This document shows, in pieces, positions 19,167-28,694 of a stretch of DNA of 64,000 nucleotides. The stretch comes from an uncultured Acidimicrobiaceae bacterium. Lineage in GTDB: Bacteria; Actinomycetota; Acidimicrobiia; Acidimicrobiales; RAAP-2. The notes beneath the pieces are model-generated. The model worked only from the letters and a program-made list of their open reading frames with translations. It was not told where the DNA came from and did not search any database. Both the position numbers and the translations under genes were made by a program. The DNA is taken from NCBI GenBank assembly GCA_963756325.1, contig CAVWNE010000011.1, positions 25,893 through 89,892 on the forward strand. The letters are read 5' to 3'. Numbering within the stretch: position 1 is the first letter of the stretch; each line of letters starts with the position of its first letter.

Positions 19167-19702
19167 GTGAAATAGAGCGCGAGCACCTCTTCGGCGCAGA
19201 GGATAGGTGCGGGAACGCGTTGACGAAGGGCCAGGGTTAGCGCGTCGCTGGTGCGACAGTCGAAGACCTCGCGTCCCCGCGGGGTCATTAGGTCTAACTC
19301 GGCGTAGAAGATTCCGGCCTCGTAACGAACGATGCGGGCGGCGATCACTTCTGCCTGGAGGCGCGTGAGGATCGTGGTCATGAGCTCCGCGGTGCTGGGC
19401 CGACGACCCTCCAATCCGCTGTGGGCGTGCTGCAGGGCAATCGCGTCGGGAACGGCGAGAGGAATGGCTACGTAGCGAAAGGGCGACTCCTCTTCCATGA
19501 GGTGGACGAGGGGCGATGCGTCGTTGAGATCGTACAGCACCGACTCCACGTTCATCACCCGAAAGGCGGAGTAGGTCTCGCCCACCGAGGGAACGTCCAC
19601 TTCGGAGAGAGCCTCCTCAGAGGGAAGTATCTCGCTGGTGCGCTCGCTCGCCTCATCGGCGTCTTCGCTCACCGACTGGTCGTTCACGATCTCGTCGCTC
19701 AC
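19163..19702 (-). CDS. bifunctional nuclease (BFN/DUF151) domain protein with acidic N-terminal tail
   Basis: SPLVHLMEEESPFRYVAIPLAVPDAIAL...ELDLMTPRGREVFDCRTSDALTLALR is the DUF151 pattern. GTG at 19702 overlaps the upstream stop (GTGA). Confidence 0.7.
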   Translation of the reverse strand: MSDEIVNDQSVSEDADEASERTSEILPSEEALSEVDVPSVGETYSAFRVMNVESVLYDLNDASPLVHLMEEESPFRYVAIPLAVPDAIALQHAHSGLEGRRPSTAELMTTILTRLQAEVIAARIVRYEAGIFYAELDLMTPRGREVFDCRTSDALTLALRQRVPAPILCAEEVLALYFT

Positions 19703-20850
19703 GGTGTCACCCGCGCCGGTCCGCGACGTGACACCGAGAGCACCATGCCGCCCGCGACGAAGAAGCACACGGCAGCCGAACCGCCGTAGCTCAAGAGGGG
19801 CAAGGGCACACCGGTGACCGGCATGATACCCATCGTCATACCCACGTTCTCGAACACACTGAAGGCGAAGAAAATGAAGACGCCGATGCAGATCAGTCGG
19901 CCCATGGTGTCGCGCGCGTTCTTACCGATCACGAACATCCGATAGCCAATGAAGGCCAGCAGCACGATTACCACGGTCGATCCGATAAATCCCAGTTGCT
20001 CGCCGATCGCCGTGAAGATGAAGTCTGTCCACTGCTCGGGCACGTAGCCGAGCACGGTCTGGGCGCCGTGGAAAAGTCCCGCCCCGTGCAGTCCGCCGGC
20101 CCCGATCGCGCTCTTGGCGTTCTTGACCTCGTAGATCAAGGTGGCGAGGGCCGGGTTCGTCGAGTTCTGATTAGCGAACGAGATGAATCGATCGACCTGA
20201 TACTTCTGAAGCAGGTCGAGATAGATAGCCATGGCCAGACCCAGAGAGCCCAGAACCGCCAGCAGGGTCATGAAACGTGGTGGCACTCCAGCAATGACCA
20301 TCATCGCCGAGACGACCAGCACGATGATGATCGCCGTACCCAGGTCAGGCTCTTTCACGATGAGTGCGAGCGGCACCACCGCCATCAACAACAGACGCAT
20401 GACGTCGTACATCTTCAGTCCCTCAGACCTCCGCGCGCAGAACGTGGCTAGGGCCAAAATCAAGAACAAAACGGAGAACTCACTGGGCTGAATCTGAATG
20501 CCACCGAGGCTGTACCAGCGCTCCGCTCCGAGGGCGGTGTTTCCCAGCACGAAGACCCCGGCCAGTGCGAAGAGCGAGACGACGTACAGCGGAGTGGCGG
20601 CGATCTCATATCGTCGATAGTCGATGCGCGAGACGACGTACATGGCGACGATGCCCAACACCACAAAAAAGGCTTGGCGCTCCACGTAGTAGTGGGGGTT
20701 CTCCCCCGCGTCCACCAGGGCCTGTCGAGTGGCCGAGTAGATCATCACCACGCCCGTGACCCCGAGGGCGATCAGACTCCCGAACAGTCCGTAGTCCATG
20801 CGATCCTGCCGGCGAATGTGCGAAGTGATCGCGCTCAGCGTGTCGGTCAT
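19699..20850 (-). CDS. rodA: SEDS-family peptidoglycan polymerase, RodA-like, paralogue 2
   Basis: IQPSEFSVLFLILALA, KEPDLGTAIII, YQVDRFISF, TDFIFTAIGEQLGFIG, PVTGVPLPLLSYGGS. ATG at 20850 overlaps the aroE stop (ATGA). Confidence 0.8.
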   Translation of the reverse strand: MTDTLSAITSHIRRQDRMDYGLFGSLIALGVTGVVMIYSATRQALVDAGENPHYYVERQAFFVVLGIVAMYVVSRIDYRRYEIAATPLYVVSLFALAGVFVLGNTALGAERWYSLGGIQIQPSEFSVLFLILALATFCARRSEGLKMYDVMRLLLMAVVPLALIVKEPDLGTAIIIVLVVSAMMVIAGVPPRFMTLLAVLGSLGLAMAIYLDLLQKYQVDRFISFANQNSTNPALATLIYEVKNAKSAIGAGGLHGAGLFHGAQTVLGYVPEQWTDFIFTAIGEQLGFIGSTVVIVLLAFIGYRMFVIGKNARDTMGRLICIGVFIFFAFSVFENVGMTMGIMPVTGVPLPLLSYGGSAAVCFFVAGGMVLSVSRRGPARVTP

Positions 20851-21629
20851 GGCAGTTCCTCGAGAAGTTGTGCGCCGTTCAAGGCTACGCCCCACCACCA
20901 TCGCATCTGAATCGCCGCTTGATAGGCCAGCATTGGCAGACCGTTCAGCGTCCGACATCCCGCCTCGAGGTAGCGTCGTCGCCACTCCGTCTCGGGCGGG
21001 TCGTAGACGATGTCGACGGCGATGGTGTCGTGGTGCACGCCCTGTAGCACGGTCGCCTCCGCGTGACGACCACTCTCGGGAACGGTGTTCACGATGAGAT
21101 CGATGGGGCGATAGACGAGCGACGAAGAGTGAACGTTGGTATAGCGCTCAACCAGAGCGTTCACGTGGGCCGCCGTGCGCCCGTGGACCACCACCGACTG
21201 GGCGCCGTGGGCGACCAGTCCGTCCACGATCGCGCTCGCGGCCCCTCCGGCGCCGAGCACCACCACGTGCGCGTTGTCGATCACCGAGTCGAAGTGGGCG
21301 CGCAGTGCGTCCACGAAGCCTTGGCCATCGGTGCTGTCACCGAGGAGGACGCCCTCTCGCACGAGCAGTGAGTTCACCGACTGGGTTCGCGCGGCACCCT
21401 CACTGGGCACGTCACACTGCTCGAAGGCCGCGCGCTTGAGCGGGCTGGTGATCGACAAGGCGTCAAACGCGGTCCCGAGCAGTCGCCTCAGATCGCTCGC
21501 GTGAGCCAGATCGATCTCCACGCGCGTCGACGTGCCGCTCAGTCCCGCCAGGCGAAAGCCGATCTCGTGCAGTCGTGGAGAGAGGGAGTGCGATACGGGA
21601 GATCCCGCGATGCCGACGCGCCAGCTCAC
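20847..21629 (-). CDS. aroE: shikimate dehydrogenase
   Basis: GSPVSHSLSPRLHE, NSLLVREG...GDSTDG, VVLGAGGAASA. GTG at 21629 overlaps the mltG stop (GTGA). Confidence 0.85.
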   Translation of the reverse strand: MSWRVGIAGSPVSHSLSPRLHEIGFRLAGLSGTSTRVEIDLAHASDLRRLLGTAFDALSITSPLKRAAFEQCDVPSEGAARTQSVNSLLVREGVLLGDSTDGQGFVDALRAHFDSVIDNAHVVVLGAGGAASAIVDGLVAHGAQSVVVHGRTAAHVNALVERYTNVHSSSLVYRPIDLIVNTVPESGRHAEATVLQGVHHDTIAVDIVYDPPETEWRRRYLEAGCRTLNGLPMLAYQAAIQMRWWWGVALNGAQLLEELP

Positions 21630-22660
21630 GGCAGTCCCCGTGACTTGGCCAGAGCTTCCGCGGCCAACTGTTGGGTGAACGTCGTGGAGAACGTCTCTTG
21701 GCCGTCCTTGTTGGTCAGTTCGAAATACACCCACGTACCTTTCGGAGCGTTCAGTACCGCACGTAAGGCCACCTTAGAGACCGTGCAGATGGGCGTCGGG
21801 GTAAGACCGGTGTTCAAGTAGGTGTTGTAGGGACTTTGCACTTGTTCCATGGCGGGGGTGACGGGACCACCGTCCTGTCCCAGAGCGTAGAGGACCGTCG
21901 AGTCCATCTGGAGTGGAGTGCCGCTGGCCAAGCGATTGAAGATCACCCGGGCAACCTTGGGCATGTTGATCGAGTAGTACCCCTCCTTCACGTCGATGGA
22001 GGCCGCGGTGATGAGCTGATAGGGATCGAGTCCCTCCACGGTGGTCGAAGGGGTCAGACCGGCCGACGCCGCTTCTTTGTCGAAGCTGTCCACCATCTCG
22101 CGAGCCAACTCGCCTGGCGTGGTCGTGGTGGGGATGAGATAGGTCCTGTCCCCAATGAGGCCCTCGAGGGAGGACCCGTGTCCGTAGGGGCTCGGCGTGA
22201 CCGCGGCGGTCGCCGCTTTGGCAAAGGCGTTCGCAAAGGTCACGCCCTTTTGTTGCTCGATCATGAGGGCGATCTCGTGCAGGGTGAGGCCGGGCGAGGC
22301 GGTGACCTCAGGGATTTTCGGACCCGTGAAGACCGATTTGAGGTGAGAGTACGAAGAGCCTTCACGGACCTCGTAGGCACCGCTGTGCAGTTCGAAAGAC
22401 CCAAAGACAATGGTGTCGAGATGAAACGCCAGCGACGACGCAATGACGTGGTCTTTCGCCAACTGGCCACCCAAGGTCGACAACGACTCGCCGTTTTGAA
22501 TACTGACGATCCGTTCGCGGCCGTGCGAGGAGATCGGAAACGTCTGCAGAAAGAACCACACCAGCCCCAAAAAGATCACCGCGCTCATGAGCGCCCCGAC
22601 CACGATGACGATCCGGCGCGCGCGCCACACGGGACGGGCGCTACTGTGCACGTCGACCAT
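21626..22660 (-). CDS. mltG: endolytic murein transglycosylase (YceG family)
   Basis: N-terminal TM plus the YceG domain (ITAASIDVKEG..., RVIFNRL..GTPLQMDSTVLY, SPYNTYLNTGLTPTPI). Confidence 0.85.
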   Translation of the reverse strand: MVDVHSSARPVWRARRIVIVVGALMSAVIFLGLVWFFLQTFPISSHGRERIVSIQNGESLSTLGGQLAKDHVIASSLAFHLDTIVFGSFELHSGAYEVREGSSYSHLKSVFTGPKIPEVTASPGLTLHEIALMIEQQKGVTFANAFAKAATAAVTPSPYGHGSSLEGLIGDRTYLIPTTTTPGELAREMVDSFDKEAASAGLTPSTTVEGLDPYQLITAASIDVKEGYYSINMPKVARVIFNRLASGTPLQMDSTVLYALGQDGGPVTPAMEQVQSPYNTYLNTGLTPTPICTVSKVALRAVLNAPKGTWVYFELTNKDGQETFSTTFTQQLAAEALAKSRGLP

Positions 22661-23057
22661 CCATGTAGCTCTGCAACATGATCACCGCGGCCGCACTATC
22701 CACGTGCGCACGATGGTTCTTCGCCTTCACCCCAGCCTGGGACAGGGAACGTTGGGCCTGGTGGGTCGTGAGTCGCTCGTCCCACTGCACCACCGGAGTA
22801 GGCGCCAGACCCTCCGCGAGAAGGGCGTACAGCGCGTCGGCCTCCTGGGTGCTCGCGGTCTCGTTTCCCGACAGGGCGACCGGTCGACCGATCACCACCA
22901 GCTCGACGCTTTCCTCTTCGACCAGCGAGCGCAGACTTCTCACCAGCTCGTCGTTCGTGGCCAGCGCCGGGCGGGGAAACGCCATCGACTCATCGCGATC
23001 GGTGACCGCCACGCCGCACCGCTTTGACCCCGGATCGATGCCAAGTAGCCGAGCCAT
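22641..23057 (-). CDS. ruvX: Holliday-junction resolvase-like pre-16S rRNA nuclease (YqgF)
   Basis: LLGIDPGSKRCGVAV D... and DERLTT motifs. Conserved position after alaS. Confidence 0.9.
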   Translation of the reverse strand: MARLLGIDPGSKRCGVAVTDRDESMAFPRPALATNDELVRSLRSLVEEESVELVVIGRPVALSGNETASTQEADALYALLAEGLAPTPVVQWDERLTTHQAQRSLSQAGVKAKNHRAHVDSAAAVIMLQSYMDGRRAQ

Positions 23058-23063
23058 CCAGCC

Positions 23064-25613
23064 CTACAGCGACTTCGCCGCGATGATCACCGCGTCAATG
23101 CCCTGCGCGTCACGACCGCCGGCCAGCGCCAGGCGAGGCGATCCTCCACCCCCACCGCCGACGTGTGACGCGAGCGCCTTTACCGTCGCCGCCGCGTCCA
23201 ACGATCCGTCGGTCGCCACCACGATCGCCACCTTCCCTTCGTCCGCACCGACCAGCACGACCACGCGGCGACCGCGGTGCTGCAGGTCTTGAGCCAACGT
23301 GCGCAGTTGCTCACCGGGGTACCCGTCGACGCGCGCCACCACCACGTCGCCCGGACTCGAGTCGTGGAGCTCGTTGGCGAACTGGCTGAGCTGCGCTTGG
23401 CGAAGTGACGCGACGTTCTTCTCTACTTCACGTTGACGTTCGAAGAGTCGCTCCAGAGCCGGGATGACGTCGTCGTTGGAGGTCTTGAGGAGTGACGCAA
23501 CCGCGTTGAGGGTCTGTTCCATCTCGTAACTGCGACGGTGCGCGCCGAGTCCGCTAACCGCTTCAATGCGCCTGGTGTTCGCTCCGATCGAGGACTCGCT
23601 CACCACTTGAATCTGACCGATGTCGCCCAGTCGCTCCACGTGGGTGCCCCCGCAGAACTCCAGGCTGTGACGGCCGGCGCGTACGACGCGAACACGGTCG
23701 CCGTACTTGTCGCCGAAGAAGGCCACCGCCCCCATGGTCTCGGCCTCGCTCTTGGTTGTTTGAATCGTGTCGACGTGCTCATTCAGCACCACGTCGGTGT
23801 TAACGATCGTCAGAATCTCGCCCGTCTCCTCCTGGGACAGTCCGCCATCGTGAGAAAAGTCGAAGCGCAGGCGATCGGGCCCCACGTAGGAGCCCTGTTG
23901 GCGCACGTGATCGCCGAGGACGTTTCGAAGGCCCGCGTGCAACAAGTGGGTAGCCGTGTGGTTGCGACGCGTCGCCTCACGACGGTCCCCATCAATGGTG
24001 GCGACCGCGCTCTGACCGGGCAGTATCTCGCCGTGAAGTCGACCTCGGTGAGCGAAGAGTCCCCCGGCTACGTTCTGGGTGTCGAGGACCTCAAAACGTC
24101 CCGTCTCGGTGACCACGGTGCCCGTGTCTCCGACCTGACCTCCCGACTCCGCGTAAAAGGGCGTGGTGTCGAGAAAGAGCTCACTCTCGCCGTTCTCTCC
24201 GGCCAGGACGCCCACCACCGTCGTCTCCAGGGAGTACCGGGAGACGTCGCGACCCACAAACTCTGTCGACCCGTGCTCCTCAATCAAGTCGCGATACTGC
24301 GCGTCGTCGGCTCGACGCAAGGTTTTGGCACTGGCGCGAGCGCGTTCGCGCTGGGCGGCCATGGCCTCATCAAAGGCCTCGCGCGCCACGCTAAGCCCCG
24401 ACTCCGCCACGATCTCACTCGTGAGTTCGATTGGGAACCCGTGGGTGTCGTGGAGGCGAAAGGCAGTTTCACCAGGAAAGACAGTGGCCCCACCGGCCAC
24501 GACTTCGGCCCGGGCGTCTTCCAGCAGCGCGAGGCCCGTCTTCAGCGTGCGAGCGAAGCCCGCTTCCTCGCGCTCCACGATCTCGACGATCAGGTCGCGC
24601 TGATCGACCAACCTCGGATAGGCCAGGCCCTGTTTCTCGATGGTGGCGTCCACCAGCGGTGCGGTAATGGAGGCGTCCGAACCCGAGCGTCGCGCGGCGA
24701 GGATCGCGCGGCGGATGATGCGTCGCAGCACGTACCCGCGTCCCTCGTTGGACGGCAGGACGCCATCGCCCACCAGCATGGTCATGGCGCGTCCGTGTTC
24801 GGCCACCCGGCGAATGAGAACGTCGGTCGCCTCGTCTTTTCCGTAGGGGTGCTTAAGTGACGTCGCCGCGGCCTCAAGGAGTGGCGCGAAGAGGTCCGTC
24901 GCAAAGACCGACTCCACCCCGTTCAAGATCGAGAGGATCCGCTCAAACCCGGCGCCGGTATCGATGTTCTTCTTTGGCAACTCAGTCATCGCGCCGCCGA
25001 ACTCGCGCTCGAACTGCATGAAGACGAGATTCCAGATCTCGACAAAACGGTCTTCGCCGCCCGTGGCCGGTCCCCCGGCCTCCCCGTAGGTCTCACCCTT
25101 ATCGAAGAAGATCTCCGAGTCATAGCCACACGGGCCCACCTCGCCCATGAGCCAGATGTTGTCCTCGCCCAATCTCTGCAGACGATCAGCGGGCAGGCCG
25201 ATGCCGTCGAGCCAGATGGCGGCCGCGTCGTGGTCGTCCTCGTGCACCGTCACCCACAGCTGTCCGGGATCCAGGCCAAAACCCTCGGTGATGAGCTGCC
25301 AGGCGTAGTTGATGGCCCCCTCTTTGAAGTAGTCGCCAAAGGAGAAGTTGCCCATCATCTCAAAGAAGGTCAAGTGACGCTGGTCACTGCCGATGACGTC
25401 GATATCGGGCGCCCGGAAGCACTTTTGGATCGAGACCGCGCGAGCGTAGGGAGCCTGCTCCTCACCCGTGAAATACGGCTTGAAGGGAACCATCCCGGCC
25501 ACCGTGAACAACAGCGACGGGTCGTGCGGGATCAGGCTCGCTGAGGGCACCAAGGTGTGCCCGTTTTTCACGAAGTAGTCGAGAAAAATCGATCGGAGTT
25601 GAGCCGCTTCCAC
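23064..25613 (-). CDS. alaS: alanine--tRNA ligase
   Basis: 849 aa with a class II core (FTVAGMVPFKPYF, FEMMGNFSFGDYFK), the editing-domain HTATHLL / CGGTHV motifs and a C-terminal DHHA1-like tail. Confidence 0.97.
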   Translation of the reverse strand: MEAAQLRSIFLDYFVKNGHTLVPSASLIPHDPSLLFTVAGMVPFKPYFTGEEQAPYARAVSIQKCFRAPDIDVIGSDQRHLTFFEMMGNFSFGDYFKEGAINYAWQLITEGFGLDPGQLWVTVHEDDHDAAAIWLDGIGLPADRLQRLGEDNIWLMGEVGPCGYDSEIFFDKGETYGEAGGPATGGEDRFVEIWNLVFMQFEREFGGAMTELPKKNIDTGAGFERILSILNGVESVFATDLFAPLLEAAATSLKHPYGKDEATDVLIRRVAEHGRAMTMLVGDGVLPSNEGRGYVLRRIIRRAILAARRSGSDASITAPLVDATIEKQGLAYPRLVDQRDLIVEIVEREEAGFARTLKTGLALLEDARAEVVAGGATVFPGETAFRLHDTHGFPIELTSEIVAESGLSVAREAFDEAMAAQRERARASAKTLRRADDAQYRDLIEEHGSTEFVGRDVSRYSLETTVVGVLAGENGESELFLDTTPFYAESGGQVGDTGTVVTETGRFEVLDTQNVAGGLFAHRGRLHGEILPGQSAVATIDGDRREATRRNHTATHLLHAGLRNVLGDHVRQQGSYVGPDRLRFDFSHDGGLSQEETGEILTIVNTDVVLNEHVDTIQTTKSEAETMGAVAFFGDKYGDRVRVVRAGRHSLEFCGGTHVERLGDIGQIQVVSESSIGANTRRIEAVSGLGAHRRSYEMEQTLNAVASLLKTSNDDVIPALERLFERQREVEKNVASLRQAQLSQFANELHDSSPGDVVVARVDGYPGEQLRTLAQDLQHRGRRVVVLVGADEGKVAIVVATDGSLDAAATVKALASHVGGGGGGSPRLALAGGRDAQGIDAVIIAAKSL

Positions 25614-25618
25614 CCGAG

Positions 25619-26881
25619 TTACTCTACTGGCGGTCTCGGTTCATCCTGGTGGGAGCGGTTCGTTCGCGCGCGCCACTGTTCCACGAGTGGTCCTTCACGG
25701 CCGTAGTCCGAGGGGTCGAAGAACGTCTCGTCCTTCCACGTGTCGGGAAGGTACTGCTGGTCGACCCAGCCCCCGGGATGAGCGTGCGCGTACTCATAGT
25801 CCGTGCCGTGACCGAGTTTCTTCGCGCTGCCATAGGAGGCATCTCGCAAGTGCGCAGGCACCTCCACTAACCCGCCCGCTTGAACGGCCGTCGTCACCGC
25901 CCCCAGAGTGCGAGTAACGGAGTTGCTTTTGGGCATCAGGGCCAGGGTGATCGTGGCGTGAGCCAGGGTCAGTCGCGCTTCGGGCAGACCGACGAACTCC
26001 ACCGCCCTCGCCGCCGACTCGGCCACCAAAAGCCCCAGCGGATCGGCGAGTCCCACGTCCTCGCTGGCCAGGATCACCAGACGACGGGCGATAAAGCGCG
26101 CGCTTTCCCCGCTCTCCAGCAACGTCACCAACCAGTACATCGCGGCGTCTGGGTCCGAGCCTCTCACTGACTTGATGAACGCGCTGATCTGGTCGTAGTG
26201 CGAGTCGGCCGACTGATGGTAGAGCCGTCCATCTCTCGCTCGGGCCACGTCTTCTAACGCCACGACGGTCGCTTCACCTTCCTGGCGGGCGAGCACCACG
26301 GCCGTGTCGAGTGTGGTGAGGGCGCTCCTCGCGTCGCCGTCAGCTGATGAGGCGATCGCGCCGCGCGCGTCGTCGGTGATCGTGGCGTCGCGCAACTGGA
26401 GCCCTCGGTTGACCAACACGTCGAGATCGCTTTCGCCCAGTGGACGCAGCCGCCAGAGCGTCGAACGGCTCATGAGCGCCGCGTTCACCTCGAAGTAGGG
26501 GTTCTCGGTGGTAGCGCCGATCAGGACCACTTCGCCGGTCTCGGTAGCGGGAAGCAAGAGGTCTTGTTGAGCCTTGTTAAAACGATGGACCTCGTCGATA
26601 AAGAGAACTGTCCGTACGCCGCGTTCACCGAGACGTTCTCGTGCGCGCACGATCGCTTCGCGAACATCTTTCACGCCGCTCGACACCGCCGACAGGCTCT
26701 CCATCTCGTACCCTGCCGCAAAGGTCAAGATGCGCGCCAAGGTCGTCTTGCCCGTGCCGGCCGGGCCCCAGAGGATCATCGAGGTAAGTTGACGCGTCTC
26801 TACCAACCGACGTAGCGGGCCGTCGGGTCCAACGAGATGGTCTTGACCGACGATCTCGTCGAGGGTGCGCGGACGGAGCAA
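25619..26881 (-). CDS. rarA: replication-associated recombination protein A (AAA+ ATPase)
   Basis: MRP-like LRPRTLDEIVGQDHL, Walker A GPAGTGKTT, FIDEVHRFNK, MgsA C-domain. The start is uncertain (see finding): the first canonical start is TTG at 26881, but homologous-looking sequence continues upstream. Confidence 0.9.
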   Translation of the reverse strand: MLRPRTLDEIVGQDHLVGPDGPLRRLVETRQLTSMILWGPAGTGKTTLARILTFAAGYEMESLSAVSSGVKDVREAIVRARERLGERGVRTVLFIDEVHRFNKAQQDLLLPATETGEVVLIGATTENPYFEVNAALMSRSTLWRLRPLGESDLDVLVNRGLQLRDATITDDARGAIASSADGDARSALTTLDTAVVLARQEGEATVVALEDVARARDGRLYHQSADSHYDQISAFIKSVRGSDPDAAMYWLVTLLESGESARFIARRLVILASEDVGLADPLGLLVAESAARAVEFVGLPEARLTLAHATITLALMPKSNSVTRTLGAVTTAVQAGGLVEVPAHLRDASYGSAKKLGHGTDYEYAHAHPGGWVDQQYLPDTWKDETFFDPSDYGREGPLVEQWRARTNRSHQDEPRPPVE

Positions 26882-26944
26882 CTCCGCGAGCGGCGCCGCT
26901 TCGCGCAGACGCTCGTTGACGGCGTCGTCAAAGAGCGACGTGGC

Positions 26945-28687
26945 TCACGATCCTTTGGCGGTGGGGCGCAGATGGAGATCTCGCAACTGTCGCTCCGTGA
27001 TGTTCTTGGGGGCCCCGGTCATGAGATCCGCCCCGGACTGAGTCTTTGGAAACGCGATGACTTCACGAATGTTCTCTTCGCCGGCAAAGATCGCTACCAG
27101 TCGGTCAATGCCGAAAGCGAAGCCGGCGTGGGGCGGGGCCCCATAGCGAAAGGCACCGAGTAGAAAACCGAATCGGCCTTGGGCTTCTTCGTCGGTAATT
27201 CCGAGCGCGCGAAAGATCCGTGATTGGATATCGGCACGATGTATGCGCACCGAACCACTACCGAGTTCCCAGCCGTTGAGTACTAGGTCATACGCCTGAG
27301 CGCGAACCTTCAAAGGATCACTGTCGATCAGCTCCATGTCCTCGGCGTGCGGCATGGTGAAGGGGTGGTGCGCGGCTTGTAAGTTGCCGTCTTCGTCGAC
27401 GCCCTCGAACATCGGAAAGTCGGTCACCCATACGTATTTGTAGGGGCCCTCTCCGACGGGCGGAGATCCAATCGCCACCCGCAGTGCGCCCAGTACGTGG
27501 CAGGCGAGTTGGTACTCATCGGCCACTACGAGCACCAGGTCGCCCACGACGGCCCCGTCCAGGGTGGCGAGGGCGGACGCCTCGTCGGCGCTGAGGAAAC
27601 GAGCCAGCGGGGAGTCGAGTCCTTCGGCCGTGACCCGGAACCAGGCGAGGCCTTTAGCACCGAGGCTTTTCGCGTGCGCGGTCAGTTGATCGAGTCGGGC
27701 GCGCGAGTAGCTCGCACCCTCGGGCACGCGCATCGCCTTCACCGTGGGCGCGCCGAAGGCTTTCACCTCGCTGTTCTCAAAGACGGCAGAGAGGTCCCCG
27801 AGAGTCATCTCGAATCGCAGGTCGGGCTTGTCGGTGCCGTACTTGTCGAGAGCCTCGGTCCAGGAGATGGTACCGATCTCACCGGGACGCTCGCCCGTCG
27901 CCATCTCCGCCGCGTCCAACACCGCGCGAGAGACGAATCTCAGTACGTCGTCTTGGTTCACGAAGCTTGCTTCGATGTCCATCTGGGTGAACTCGAACTG
28001 ACGATCCGCGCGCAGGTCCTCGTCGCGCATGCAGCGAGCGATTTGGTAGTACCGATCGAACCCGCCCACCATGAGGAGCTGCTTGGCGATCTGAGGACTT
28101 TGGGGCAGCACGTAAAACTCGCCCGGGTTCAGGCGCGACGGCACCACAAACTCTCGCGCTCCTTCGGGGGTAGGCGCCCAGAGCAACGGCGTCTCGACCT
28201 CGCAAAACCCTTGATCGTCCATGGCCCGGCGCAACGCCGCGTTGACCGCTGCGCGGAGTCGAAGATTCGCCTGCATCGGTTCGCGACGGATGTCCAAATA
28301 GCGATACTTGAGACGAACTTGCTCGTCAATGTCAACCCGGTCGTCCAGCTGAAACGGCGGGGCCTCGGCGACCGAGAGGATCTCCACCAGGCAGTCCGAG
28401 AGTTCCACCGCACCGGTCGCGAGTCGGTCGTTAACCGTTCCTTCGGGACGTGGCGTGACGGTGCCGGTGACCCGAACGACATACTCGCTGCGCGCGTCCA
28501 CCGAACCCTCAATGACCGCCTGAACCACGCCCGAACGGTCGCGGATATCGAGAAAGGCCAAATGCTCGCCGTGCTCGCGTCGTTTGGCGACCCACCCGCA
28601 GACGCTGACGCGCTCACCCAGGTGATCCTCGTCGACCGAGCCGCAGAGCAGGTCGCGCAAACTGGTGGCTTCAACATCCTGGGACAT
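26945..28687 (-). CDS. aspS: aspartate--tRNA ligase
   Basis: OB anticodon-binding N-domain, class II motifs (FYVLPQSPQ, DRYYQIARCMRDEDLRADRQ.EFTQ, GSGSVRIH, GAPPHAGFAFGIDR). ATG at 28687 (MSQDVEA...) clears the hisS stop. Confidence 0.95.
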   Translation of the reverse strand: MSQDVEATSLRDLLCGSVDEDHLGERVSVCGWVAKRREHGEHLAFLDIRDRSGVVQAVIEGSVDARSEYVVRVTGTVTPRPEGTVNDRLATGAVELSDCLVEILSVAEAPPFQLDDRVDIDEQVRLKYRYLDIRREPMQANLRLRAAVNAALRRAMDDQGFCEVETPLLWAPTPEGAREFVVPSRLNPGEFYVLPQSPQIAKQLLMVGGFDRYYQIARCMRDEDLRADRQFEFTQMDIEASFVNQDDVLRFVSRAVLDAAEMATGERPGEIGTISWTEALDKYGTDKPDLRFEMTLGDLSAVFENSEVKAFGAPTVKAMRVPEGASYSRARLDQLTAHAKSLGAKGLAWFRVTAEGLDSPLARFLSADEASALATLDGAVVGDLVLVVADEYQLACHVLGALRVAIGSPPVGEGPYKYVWVTDFPMFEGVDEDGNLQAAHHPFTMPHAEDMELIDSDPLKVRAQAYDLVLNGWELGSGSVRIHRADIQSRIFRALGITDEEAQGRFGFLLGAFRYGAPPHAGFAFGIDRLVAIFAGEENIREVIAFPKTQSGADLMTGAPKNITERQLRDLHLRPTAKGS

Positions 28688-28694
28688 GATCACT

